Below are positions 50,201 through 62,382 of a stretch of DNA of 62,382 nt, piece by piece (within the stretch, counting starts at the first letter, position 1; the number at the start of each line of letters is the position of its first letter). The notes under the pieces were generated by a model. It saw only the letters and a program-made list of their open reading frames with translations, ran no database searches and had not been told where the DNA came from. The stretch is from Trypethelium eluteriae. Taxonomy: Eukaryota. The stretch is taken from NCBI GenBank assembly GCA_051942245.1, contig JAVECL010000073.1, positions 1-62,382 on the forward strand, read 5' to 3'. The position numbers and the translations under genes were made by a program.

Positions 50201-53168
50201 ATCCCGTTCCTCGATTCCCTTGCCGAACGCTGCATGGAAGTTCTATACCAAGAACACCACTTGCGTGTCTACTGCGTCATGATCACGGCCCCGAATACAT
50301 TACCAAGAGTGGTCAAGAACGGCCGCAGAGAAATCGGTAATATGCTTTGTCGCCGCGACTTCGATAATGGCTCGCTGCCATGCGTCCACGTTAAATTCGG
50401 CGTGGAGCGTGCTGTACAAAATCTACCTGTGGGTGACGATCCTGCTGGAGGCATTTGGAGCATGGTGAGCACGCAGGCGAGACAAGAATTGCTTATGATG
50501 CAAGACAAGCAATACAGTGGAGTCGACCACAGGGAAGTCGTGATCGATGATCGTACGAGTACGCCGTTGAACCAGTTCTCCAATATCCATGACCTCTTAC
50601 AGTGGCGGGTGTCGCGTCAGTCTGAGGAGTTGGCCTACTGCAGTATTGACGGTAGGGGCAAAGAAGGGAAGCCCATTCCCTGGAAAAAGTTTGATTTGAA
50701 AGTGGCTGGTGTAGCGATGTACCTTAAGAACAAGGTCAAGGTTCAGCCCGGTGATCATCTGCTATTGATGTACACACATTCTGAGGATTTCGCTTTTGCG
50801 GTTCATGCGTGCTTCTGCTTAGGGGCCGTCGCCATACCGATGGCGCCTTTGGACGCGAACAGACTAAGTGAAGATGCACCTGCATTCTTGCACATGGTGG
50901 CCGATTTCCGAGTCAAGGCTGTGCTGGTCAACAATGACGTTGATTCACTTCTCAAGCAGAAGACAATCAATCAGCACCTGAAACAGAGTGCATTGATACT
51001 ACGAGTCAATGTGCCAAATACCTATAACACTAGCAAACCGTCCAAGCAACACTCTGGGTGCAGGGAGCTGGGCCTCACCATAAGGCCAGGCTGGGTGGCA
51101 AAAGGTAATCCCGTATTGATCTGGACGTATTGGACGCCGGACCAGAGAAGAGTGGCCGTGCAGCTTGGTCATGATACGATCATGGCTCTCTGCAAAGTGC
51201 AAAAAGAGACGTGTCAGATGACAAGTACACGGCCCATTCTTGGTTGTGTCAGAAGCACGATGGGGCTTGGGTTTATTCATACCTGCCTCATGGGTATCTT
51301 CCTTGCTGCACCAACGTATCTTGTCTCCCCTGTCGACTTTGCTGGAAATCCCAACCTTCTCTTCCAAACTCTCGCTCGCTATAAGATTAAAGACACCTAC
51401 GCTACTTCTCAAATGCTTGACCACGCCATGGCTCAAAACGCGGGCAAGAACGTTGGATTGCACGAGCTTAAGAATCTTATGATCACCACTGACAGTCGGC
51501 CGCGCGTTGATGTTTACCAAAAAGTCCGGGTTCATTTTGCAAGCGCGGCGTTGGACAGGACTGCAATCAACACGATTTACAGTCACGTGCTGAACCCCAT
51601 GGTTGCAAGTCGAAGTTACATGTGTATTGAGCCAATTGAGCTGTACCTGGACATGAACGCATTGAGAAGAGGTTTAGTGATACCGGTGGATCCCGATCAG
51701 GAGCCATTCAGCTTGCTTGTGCAGGATTCCGGCATGGTTCCAGTGTCAACTCAGATCAGTATCGTCAACCCAGAGACCTGTCGACTGTGCCTGGTTGGAG
51801 AATACGGAGAGATCTGGGTCCAGAGTGAGGCGAATGGATACAGTTTCTACGGCAGCAAGGACGCCTTCGACTCTGAGCGATTCAATGGACGCACCGTGGA
51901 TGGTGATCCCAATGTGCGCTACATGAGAACTGGCGATTTGGGTTTCCTCCACAACGTCAGCAGGCCGATCGGACCTGGAGGAGCTCCTATTGAAATGCAG
52001 GTGCTCTTCATTCTTGGTAGTATCGGTGAGACTTTTGAGGTCAACGGCCTCTGCCACTTCCCAATGGATATCGAACGCACGATTGAAAAGAGCCACCGGA
52101 ACATCGTGCCTGGTGGAGCGTGAGCATCCCTTTCCCGCATGCTTTGACTACGATAACTGGCTAACCCTCATATTCAGTGCGATTTTCCAAGCTGGGGGAC
52201 TTGTCGTTGTCCTTGTCGAAATTTTCCGTAAGAACTTCTTAGCCTCCATCGTACCTGTTATAATTAATTCTGTGCTCAACGAGCACCACCTTGTGCTCGA
52301 TATCGTTGCATTTGTCTCCAAAGGCGACTTTCCACGCTCTCGTCTCGGCGAGAAGCAACGCGGAAAGATTCTTGCCTCATGGGTCACGCGAAAGATGCGC
52401 ACAATCGCACAATTCAGCATTCGCGATCCGGATGGTGCGGATGGTACCGCGACGGAGGTTGCTGGGCCTCCCGGTGCGGCAGGAACATTGAGGAACGGGA
52501 GTGTGAAGACGGAGAGTGTAAAGACAGGCTCGTTAATGGAGCCAGCGGGCAGTATTGCCGGCTCATTGTCACAAGGACTGCAGGGACGTACACAATCTCC
52601 ACCACAGATCCAAACTCATGCTTTCGGATCAATTCCGCCAGGCATCTCCGAGATCCCTACCGAAGATGAACCGCTGACCGCGAGACTGGACAGCGCAGCA
52701 CCAGGCAGTGACTCCACACCCACGGCTGAACGACCACAGCCGCCGATGAGCTTAAATACGACGCTTGATTATTCTCCTATCGATATGCCTCATTCACCAA
52801 GTGCGATGAGCTGGACCGAGGGCCAGCAGGAAACGCTCTCACAGGGGCAGCAAACACAGGCAACAGGGCAAGGTTACGGCGATACATTGAGCCCAAATGA
52901 CAGGTTGCCTCAACATCAGCAATACGGACAAGCTCTTCCTTATGAGATACCCAGGGAGCAGTCACAACCACAAGGGCAGCAACCATCGCATGTCAATCGG
53001 TTTGCGCTGGACGACGACGATGATGATGATGACGACAACGACGATGTGCGATATGACCGGGGAGCTTCGGGTGGTGGCCTTAGGGTTGCAAATCGAACGA
53101 GTGTAGACAGCGAAGACTGGCCGCAGGAGGCACTCATGCATATGAATATGGGTGGGCAAGCGCGTTAA
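47266..53168 (+). CDS. CPS1: DIP2/CPS1 family protein (DMAP1-binding domain plus two adenylation-like domains)
   Basis: Spliced N-terminus MADQHPELQVKLAELDHELE|EGDITKKG|YEKRRT (DMAP-binding). Tandem acyl-CoA-ligase-like domains follow (LAYIEFSRAPTGDLRGV; YMRTGDLGFL; FPRSRLGEKQRGKI). Confidence 0.93.
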
Positions 53169-54113
53169 CCAAGCAGCATTTGTTCTTTACGCCAAGCAGA
53201 TGTCTTAATGTGTTTTTCTCGTAGCAAGATTCGGTACCATACTGCGGAATCTATTGGATTCTTTGCAGAATGCATTGTAGGGGTTGGATGGTTCTCTTCA
53301 GCGATGTTCTCAGGGTGCGGACAAGCTGATTTCATATACCTTGTACCTGATGTAATGGAGTCACTGTATGCTAAGGTGGAGATACCGGAAGTCGAGACAG
53401 CAATCGATCATCATGTAATAGAATGAAATACAACCTTTGGTAAACGATCCACTCATTCCACCAATCTATCAGTAGCGGAAGTTCTCAGTCAAGAGAGTCG
53501 CGTTAATGCAGAAGGCTTCGAAATGCACAGAGTTCATTGGTAGTGTACATGAAGTAGGAAGCTGAGTGCGAGATAGGATGAAAGGTATCTTGATGCTCTA
53601 CAGCCTGTGGTGCAGAAGCCATGTCATTCATCACTGAATTCGCGTACTTCTCGTGCTGTGCTATGTTGTTAAACCAGACCCTACAGTGATGCTCTAACGT
53701 CAGCAATGTTTTCTCCATGAAACTCATACTCCTGTTAGTTTATGGATCAAGTTAGGGCCGTGAGATATACAGCCTTTGGAAAAATTGTAGTTAAAATATT
53801 TCTTAATAGTGGCTGTGATGGTTTTGCCGTTGAAGCACTCCCTAGGGCAATTGCACGTGCAGCTAGGGTTACACGCGCACAGGAGCCAACATGATCGCGT
53901 ATAAGATGAACGCCTTGGTGTACCTGATGGTAAGTAGGCATATATATAGTATTATGTATAGGAAGCTGGAGGCGAACTACTAGGAGAGGTTCCTAGATAG
54001 GCCAGGCGTATAGGCCATCCAGCTAGAGTACAGCGTCAGCCCGCACCTCGGCATCGCGACTTTTTTTTGGCCTGGCGCAATCCTCGTCGTCAACAAAACC
54101 ACAGCACAATAGC

Positions 54114-55507
54114 ATGGCCACGGCACCGAGATTAACCTTTCTCTACCCCGTGCTATTTAGGACAAACGCGTCTCACTACAGTGCCACTCACCATGTGTCG
54201 AAATTCCGTGACCTTAATCGATCCGGCTACCACACCACACGCCGGAAGCAGCAACAGGAAGTCAGGTCTAGATACGGCACTGCCAATGAACCACCTCCGC
54301 ATGTAGTCACAAACGACAGGCCGGCTGATAAGAGCGCTTCTCAGTCGCCGCAAGACTCCAAATCGAGGAGCAGCACTTCATACAACCAGGGCAATGCTGC
54401 ATCGTCCAGGTCACAAGATAAAGAGACGGGGGAGAAAAAGAAGGGGAAAGACGTCGACAGCTCGCCAGACCGAAAAGCGCTGGGGAAATCCGCAGAGAAA
54501 TCCTCGCAAGACACCGTCACGCCTACCGAACTTCCCAAGCCCGACCTCAGCGAACCCCAACCCTCCACTACCCACGCCGAGCAACCTACCACCACCATCA
54601 AACCCCTTGAAACCGTCCTCCACATGGAGCCCCACTCCTCTACGCGCGAAGACCCCAAACGCAACAACAAACACCCACACTTCGTCACTCCCCCCTACGT
54701 CCACCACTTCGACACGTATACGCTAGTGCGGGCGCTCGAAACGGGCGGTTTCTCGCAGGACCAAGCCGTGACCTGCATGAAAGCCGTACGCTCACTGCTC
54801 GCACTGAACATGGACCTCGCGCGGGAGGGGCTGGTGTCGAAATCGGACGTGGAGAACGAGACGTACCTGTTCAAGGCGGCGTGTAGCGAGCTGAAGACGG
54901 AGATCCAGAACCAGCGGCGGCGGGAGGTGGAGAAGATGCGGACGGAGCGGATGCAGCTGCAGCATGAGTTTGATATTTTGAACCAGCGGGTGGGGCAGGA
55001 GACGAGCGGGTTAAAGGATGAGTTGAAGGGGATGTTTGATGATCGGAAGATGGGGGTGAGGATGGAGCAGCGGACGATGGAGAGTACGGTGAGTTTTTCT
55101 GTTGGAGATGAGGCATTAGGAGAATGAGCTTTTGAAAACAGAGGATATGCTGATGACGTTTATAGATTCAACAGCTGAACTACAAAATCACGGTCGCTTT
55201 AAATTCCGACTCTCGCTCAGAAGTCGAGGGTCTGCGGTGGGTTCTGACTCGTCGTGCAGGCATCGCAATCGTCATTTCAGCAGTCATGATGCTCGGAGGC
55301 GCATCCTATATCTCCCGATTGGAAGCTGAAGAGAAGGATCGAAAACAGAAGAAAAAGGCCGGCGGAGAGCCCCTGGTGAATAGCGAAGGGAGAGACGAAG
55401 GTGCTTCGCCACAGAGCTCGTCGGAGGCTTCCGGAGGTGCTGGAGATGCGTTGGCGAATCTGAGCTCAAAGGATGGCATGAGTCCGGGTTACGTCAGTCT
55501 GGGATGA
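54114..55507 (+). CDS. Mitochondrial coiled-coil DUF1640 protein (FMP32/CCDC90/MCUR1-like)
   Basis: Basic presequence-like N-terminus MATAPRLTFLYP, motif PPYVHHFDTYTLVRALETGGFSQDQA, a coiled coil, one intron, then IQQLNYKITV...RSEVEGLRWVLTRRA and a TM segment. Confidence 0.85.
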
Positions 55508-56335
55508 AATCTGGACAGTCCAAGCGTCGAAGACAGCGAAGGAATAGCACGAGAGAAGACCAACACACTTCGCCTTTCTGAAGTCTCTGCTTCGATATGT
55601 ATCGGCCTGGTGCAGGATACCTTATTATTCTCACGGATAGATTGGCATAAGAAGTGAATGACTTTCGCTCTGCAGTCTAGGTGTGCTGTGGAGGTCTTAT
55701 CCAACTTCCCCCACGCCGGGATCTGAATGCTCGAGCCGGCGTGGCAAGAATCTGAGTCTTGCAAGCGTGGAGCCTCTTCAAGAAGCACAGGACTGATACA
55801 ACTCTCAAGACACACCGTGGGACCAAAGGTCAAAGAACAGCACTTCTTTTCCTTACGCGACTGCGCGTGTAGGCTGGAACACCACCTTCTAAAGCAAGCA
55901 CTATATATCAAGAAAGAGTAAAGAATGCTATTACTCGAGCAGACGAGTAGGAAGGCATGAAAATACATCATAGAGGAGAAGGGAAGGGACCTCAATATCG
56001 CAACGTCAGTAGTGTTAGTAGATCTACAATCAATCACACTTTACAGGCAGCAGTCAAATAGAAAGCAATTCATTCGTTGCTACCCACGCCAGTAGCCAAT
56101 CGCCTCCTCACGAAGCTCATCATGAACACCTTTCCAGTCTCTCCTTCTCCGTTTGGAGAACGAAACCCTTTCGTAGACACCGTCGATAAGACAAAGGAAA
56201 TAAGAAAGCTAGGACAGCCAGAGGTTTGGGAAAGAGGAAACAAATGCACTCCCATCCGAGGACCGTCCAACGCCTATCGTGCCACTATCCTTGCACAGCA
56301 GACCGCACGCCATCCCTTCTTCATCATGTCATCCA

Positions 56336-59300
56336 TTACTCGCTATCGTCATCAAATTCCGCCTCCGACTCCTCGTCTTCCTCCTCGCTCTCATCCGACA
56401 CCACGAAATTGTACTTCTTCGGAGCTGCCGCCGCCCGCCGTGATCGCCCCACAGGAGCTGGAGCCGGAGCCGGAGCCGGAGCTGGAGACTCAGCTTTTAC
56501 AGAAGAGTCACCATCGTCCAGTAAGTCATTCGCAAGGTCATTAGGATCCTCGTCGTCAGAGTCTTCACGAATAACCTTCTTCTTGGATCTGCCAGCAGCA
56601 GCGGTGGAAGCAGAAGACGCTTTGGACTTGCTCGTCGCCTTGCTGTCGGTCTTGCTCGCTAGTTTCTTCGCATACGCCTTGGCTGCGGGAGAAAGATGGA
56701 CGGGTTTCGGGGCGGTAGGCTCGACGGATGCCGCTTTAGTAGCTTTCTGTGTGGGGGCCTTCTTCGGCTTGGCCGTCGCAGCGGCGGGCTTGGAGGCTGG
56801 TGCAGGCTTCGATGGCTTCTTCGCCGCTGGTGGAGGTGCAAGCACATCCAGAGAATCTTCATTGTCCTCGTCTTCATCGTCAGAGACCTTGATATCTTTA
56901 GCAGCGCGGGCTGCGGGTTTCTGGGGACTATCCTGAGGCACGAGCTTGACGTAGTCCGTATCGTCGATGTCAACATCGCTGTCTCCCTCAAGGTTGACAA
57001 TCGTAGGCTTAGAAGCAGCGCGAGATCCGGTCTTTGAGAGGCCGCTCGAACCGTTTCCGCCGCTCGAGGGCCGCGAGATGGACTGTCTGAATAGAGCTCG
57101 GCTAGAATCACCGCCACCAATCCCTTTGACCATCGAGGTCACATCACCGAGCAAATCGTCTCCATTGTTGTCAGACTCGTCGTCGGAGATTGCGTACTTG
57201 ACTGGTTTTCGGGTTGCAGCGCGACCACCACGAGCGGCTGGTGCGACAGCCGGCTCATCAACATCCATTGTGCCATCGTGAGCTAAAGGTGCTGAAGCCG
57301 GCTCCTCCTTACCATTGACCAGAACGTATTTCCCAGCAGGTTTACTCGGGGGCGACTGCTTGCTCAAGAAGCTCATGAGACCATTGCGCTTGGGTTCGAC
57401 GTGTTCGATACTAGGCTTCTTCTTGGTTTTGACGACACCAAAATCCGCATCACTGTCGCTGGCATTGCCTGCCTTTCTTTTGGTGGCCTTCTTGTCGTTC
57501 TTGTTGGCCATCGAAATCCGGCGGACCTTCTTCTTGTTGTCCTTTGCTAGTTGGGCTTCCTCCTCAAGTTCATGGCGATATGCTTCAATAAACTCGTCGA
57601 GATCCTCATTCCAAAGGTCCTTTGGTGACTTCTTCACGAGTGTCTCCATATCTTGCTCAACATCAGAGATTCGTTGCTCTAGCTTCTGAACTCTTTCCAT
57701 CGTCAAACTCCAGATTGCCATCTACTTGTGGTTAGCAGTGAATGCCACTTTGAAACGAGAATACACACCCCCAAAAGATAATTGTAGCCGGTGTCAGTAT
57801 CATCTTTGCCTTCGTCTTCTTCTAAAACTTCTTCTTCTTCTCCGGCTTTCCTCGCATCCTTGGTTTTAGGGAAGGCTTTGAAATTCAGGCTCTTGAGCTC
57901 CTCAATGAGCACCTGCTTCTTCTTCCTCGCGATCACGAGTTTTGAGTCACAGATCATTCGAATGAACCTTGCCTGGTTGGTCAATCTCTCTAGCTCCTTT
58001 TGCAGCTCTCCGAGAAGATGTTGCTGTTTAGACAATCAGCTCTGCAGCGATTAAAAAAAAAAAGAAAAGAAAAGAAAGACCAACCTTGCGCTTCTGATAC
58101 ATCCCCAGCCTCACATGGTAGAATTCTTCCATGATGTCGTTCACCGAATGGTACTTTTGAATCCTTCCCTGGGCATCAAAACAAACCAGGTTTGTGGTAG
58201 ATAGGTAACTCTCCAGTTTGAATGTCGCAAGCAGCCCCTTTTGGTTTGAGCTCTCCATATGCTTGTCGTCCATCTTGATGACAAAATGGACCTTTTCGGG
58301 AGTGTTATAATCAGTGTAATCTTTGATGAAGCTCGGAACCTTCTCCGCCTTGATAATATCTTCCAGCTTGTCTTTGAAGCTCTGCGTCCACATCCGAACC
58401 CTAGAAGTTTTGTAAATGCAGTCGGCCCAGGATGAGAGACAGTACTTACGGTAGTTCGGTGATTTCTACTTCGTTGTCACCTGTCTGTTGGATTTTGCCG
58501 GAGAAGCGATAGCGGCCACCGCCAACGTCTTCAACCTCACCAGTGAATCTTCTAAAAAATGGCATCATTGGCTTCATATCCTCTTTTGATGTTCCGGCCA
58601 TGCGTATCTTGATGTTCTCAACAATATCTTCAGGCGAGTAGTTTGGAATAGATGACGACCAGCCCGTGCCAATGCCGTCTGCACCGTTGATCAAGACCAT
58701 CGGAACAACTGGCATATACATCTCGGGCTCGATGGTCTTGCCGTCATCGGTATTATACGTCAAGAGGCTAACGCATATTAGCTTGAACATTTTACAGGAA
58801 AGGATTGTCGACTCACGGTTCGTCTGAAGCATGGAAGATTTTCCTAGCAATAGGAGCAAGTCGAGTGTAGATGTATCGAGCGCTAGCAGCATCTTGACCT
58901 CCCTGAAGACGACTTCCGAAGTTGCCACTAGGTTCGAGACAATTGATGTTGTTCGAGCCTACGAAATTTTGCGCCAGACCGACGATTGTCTGTTGTAACG
59001 AGGTGTCCCCGTAGGCATACGCTGTCAGGCCAGACACCGTACCCGCAAGTTCCACGACCTTCTGATCCTTCTTCACGTTCCGCCTGAACATAGTGTACAA
59101 AACCTTTCGTTGACCGGGTTTCAAGCCATCCATCACAGACGGTATGGACCGCATGTTGTCGGCCATGCTGAAGAGAATCAGTTCCTTGTTGATGAAATCA
59201 TCGATCGAAATCGACTCGGAAGCATTCATGTCCAAAAAAGTTCCAGGAATGAAGTCACGCAACCAATTCTTCCTCTCATCTGCCATTTTCTTGCTAAAGG

Positions 59301-61640
59301 CAAGGTGCAGAAGCTTTTCCTCGTGTTCTTGCATTGTATCGAATTTCTTCCGATGCTTCTTCAGGTCTGCGAAATAGATCTCTGCATCTGACGGGCTGGA
59401 TGTGCCCAATCCCTTGTAGTATTTGTGGTCCCAGCCGTTTTGATGTTCAGGCTCAGCTTTCCATGCTTCATACTCTGGCATAGTAAAAAAGTCAAACTTA
59501 GCCTTGGGTCTCTTGATGTCTCCCTTCCATACTTTGACGATTGGGGTGATGAACTCAACAAGGAAGTCAGGGAGTCGAAGGAGGCTTGGAAATTGAACCT
59601 GGAGGAAATTGATGAGAAGGCCTTTGATATGGCTCCCATCGTGATCCTGATCAGTCATGATCATCAACTGTCCATAGCGAAGAGATTTCGTATCCTCGTA
59701 ATTCTTCTTGTGCTGTAGCCCCATGAATTTCTTGATGTTCTGGATCTCCTGATTCTTGGTTATCTGCTCGACAGAGGCGTCTCGTACATTGAGCAGCTTT
59801 CCGCGGAGTGGAAATACGCCGAATCGATCAGGATCAACAACAGCTCGGCCGGCCAGGGCTAGCAAGCTTGCTGAATCTCCTTCAGTAAGGATCAATGTAC
59901 ACTTGTAACCGTCCTTCGTTCCCGCCTTGTTGGCGTCTGTGAGTTTCGAGTTGTTCATGCGCGCACGTCGTCCCCCATCTGTCTTTCGTTGCATCTGATC
60001 CGCTTTCTTCTCCGCAAACGCCAAGATATTATTGACAGCCTCTGTTTTGGCAATATCCTTGAGAAACTTATCACTGACGGTACATTTGCTTCCAAACTGG
60101 CTAGTCTTGGTAGTCAACTGCTCTTTTGTCTGCGACGTGAAAGAAGGATTGACGATCTGTGCATTCAAGAACAGAAAGATGTGGTTACGGATCTGGTTGT
60201 TATTGAGTTTCACGCCAACCTTTTTCTTCTTGACAATTTCGCCGAGTTTGGTGACAATTTGGTCGCTGATGTAGTTGACATGTGTCCCACCCGAGGTTGT
60301 CGCAATTGAATTGACAAAGGAGACTTGTTGGAAACTCCCATCTGATACCGCGAAGCCGATCTCCCATCTTTCATTAGGTTTGTCCGTCAGGATCACGTTC
60401 TCGGTCGGCATGTCCTCTGAATCACCAGCTTGGGCGCTGAGTGACTTGGTATAGAGTTCCATGTATTGTTTGAAGTTCTTGATCTTGATTCGTTGATCAT
60501 TCAAATACACCTTGACGTCTTTGACCGTACCCGCAAGGTCGTAGACGCGTCGTTTCACCAACGCTTCGAAATCATCATCCATACCAGACATGCCGAACTT
60601 GCTGAAATCCGGTGTGAAGGCCACCTTGGTGTAGTCATCACCCTTCGCAGATGTGATGGATGCCTTATGCATATTACCCATATTCTCCGTCCAGGTTTGC
60701 TTATATCTCTTCTTGGCTCGGGAATCAATGGTGTCAAGCGTAAACTCCGTACTATAGATATTGCAGAGTTTAGCGCCAAACCCATTACGTCCACCAGTGA
60801 CCTTTTGTTGATCATCGTCGTAGTTGGACGAGGTAAGCAAATGACCAAAGATCATCTCTGGGATATAGATGCCCTCTTTCGCGTGGATCTCAATAGGAAT
60901 GCCGCGACCATCATTCAGGACGGATATCTCTCCACTCTCCCGGTCAACGGTGACCCGAATTTCGCCCATGTTCTTGTCGTTATGCTTGTTGTCGGCAGCG
61001 TTGACTAGAATTTCATCGAATATCTTGTACAACCCAGGCACGTAGCTCACTTCGCGAAACTCCATCATCGAAGTCTCGGAGTTGAAGACCCACATCTGTT
61101 TTTCAGTCCGTTCGACTGATCCAATGTAGGTATCCGGTCGCTTCAAGATATGCTGCAGCTGAGTGAGCTTTTGATAGCGATCCGTGGCGTTCTTGGGCGC
61201 AGGCTTTGGTTCTGTCGTTCCATCCATGCCCATGCTTTCGTTTTCAACTTCTTGCAGAGGTTTTGCGGCAGTCTTTTTGGCCGGAGCCGCCTTCTTTTGT
61301 TTCTTTGCGCTCGGAGGAGTATTTGAAAGCAGTGAGTCATCGTGAAGCGAGGCAGCGCTACGCTCGTTGTCGGAGTTCTCATTGTCAGAGTCAGGTCGCG
61401 CGCGCTTTTTGGGTGCAGGCGCTTTCGTAGGCTTCAGTTTCGTTTGCGTTGTCTTCTTTGGAGCTGATTTGGCTTTCGTTGTTGCAGCAGCAGCTTTCTT
61501 CGGAGCTGCTTTGGCTTTCTAATCATCAAGCGTCAGTACGACGAACTACGTGAATCAACCTAGGCATATCGTACAGGTTTAGGAGCAGGCTCAAAGTCAG
61601 AGCTTGCGCCCGCGTCGAAGATCGACTCGTCAGAGTCCAT
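56336..61640 (-). CDS. TOP2: DNA topoisomerase II
   Basis: HILKRPDTYIGS, EILVNAADN, GGRNGFGAKL, TLILTEGDSA, FPLRGKLLNV, MTDQDHDGSHIKG, DGLKPGQRK and the catalytic ASARYIYT. Multi-exon; starts MDSDESIFD. Confidence 0.97.
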
Positions 61641-62382
61641 GCTGGCGCCTGGAATATGCTGCCGATGTGTTGTGCCGCCAGGCAAGCGATGTATGCGGAG
61701 GGTCGAAGACGCGTCGGAGTTGCTCAGGTATTAATTGTCGGTTGTTGTTATGAAGCGCTGTAAACAACGCTAGCCAAGAATAGCAACTTAGCCGAATCGC
61801 ATTCACATCTCCAGGCAACCCCGCGAAACACTACGACACCTATCCACCCTCTTGAATGCCGCTACGCAGATGCCTACCTGATGTATTACTACTTTTCATG
61901 TATATTGGGACAACTCGCGTGGAGCTTGGATGGCAATAATGTCTCCTGTATCTTCAATCACCAATGTAATAGAAGACATCTTGTACCTCCTTGTTCGTTG
62001 TTTACCGGTCTCTTAAGTACTCGGAACAACTTGGAGAAGCATTCAATTGGCGATTGCTCATTCTGGAGTAACCCTGAATCCGGCTACTCCCAAAAGGGAC
62101 TGGTGAAGGCAGTTCTATATCATTCAAGAGCTTTATTCACCTTGAATGCTTCGGGAGAGTATTCTAGACGCTCTGTACTAAGATGAAATGAGGCCCCGAA
62201 ATTGACTTATATTTGCACGCTAATTTTCCAGTATCTTTACATCTCAATCAGATACAATTGCAGTTTACTCTGAGGCCTTATTTGCGACCTCCAAGATATC
62301 TAACCAAGTCCCCGGCACCCGTCTTCCACCCTCCAAACCCTCATGTAGCCACTTCTCCGCATCATACCCAAACCCAATCAAC

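Noticed and set aside
47266..53168. CPS1/DIP2 adenylation-like domains as the missing NRPS/PKS core of the cluster
   Set aside because: No condensation, thiolation or ketosynthase domains. It is a conserved DIP2-family gene separated from the cluster by LEU4 and TES1.
56336..61640. TOP2 (or LEU4) as a self-resistance copy for the cluster product
   Set aside because: Both look like ordinary housekeeping genes in a conserved block, and nothing in the window shows duplication. A second genomic copy would be needed to reconsider.

Overview
Intron-containing genomic DNA from a filamentous ascomycete (Pezizomycotina; introns of about 45-105 nt with CTRAC branch points). Conserved housekeeping genes lie at both ends. 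On the left are a WW-domain protein and an F-box/LRR protein. On the right are LEU4, peroxisomal TES1, DIP2/CPS1, a DUF1640/FMP32-like gene and TOP2. Between them is a ~38 kb accessory island (about 4.7-42.6 kb) with three parts. (i) A transport/oxidative-catabolism gene group that appears to be decaying: FAD monooxygenase, allantoate-type MFS, a TauD/clavaminate-synthase-like dioxygenase with a broken splice donor, a UNC-93-like MFS with a premature stop, and an aldehyde reductase. (ii) An apparently intact secondary-metabolite cluster at 21.2-38.9 kb: flavin halogenase, DUF4267-like protein, MdpB-like dehydratase, MdpC-like reductase, NsrQ-like SnoaL protein, MdpK/GedF-like reductase, GedG/NsrG-like methyltransferase, an AflS/AflR regulator pair, and an MdpL/GedK/BTG13-like anthraquinone ring-cleaving oxygenase. 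It has no PKS, thioesterase, decarboxylase or anthrone oxygenase in the window. The best hypothesis is a self-regulated, core-less tailoring module that turns emodin-type anthraquinones into chlorinated benzophenone/tetrahydroxanthone products. (iii) Several gene relics and short dispersed repeats. All family calls come from motif recognition by eye; no database search was run.
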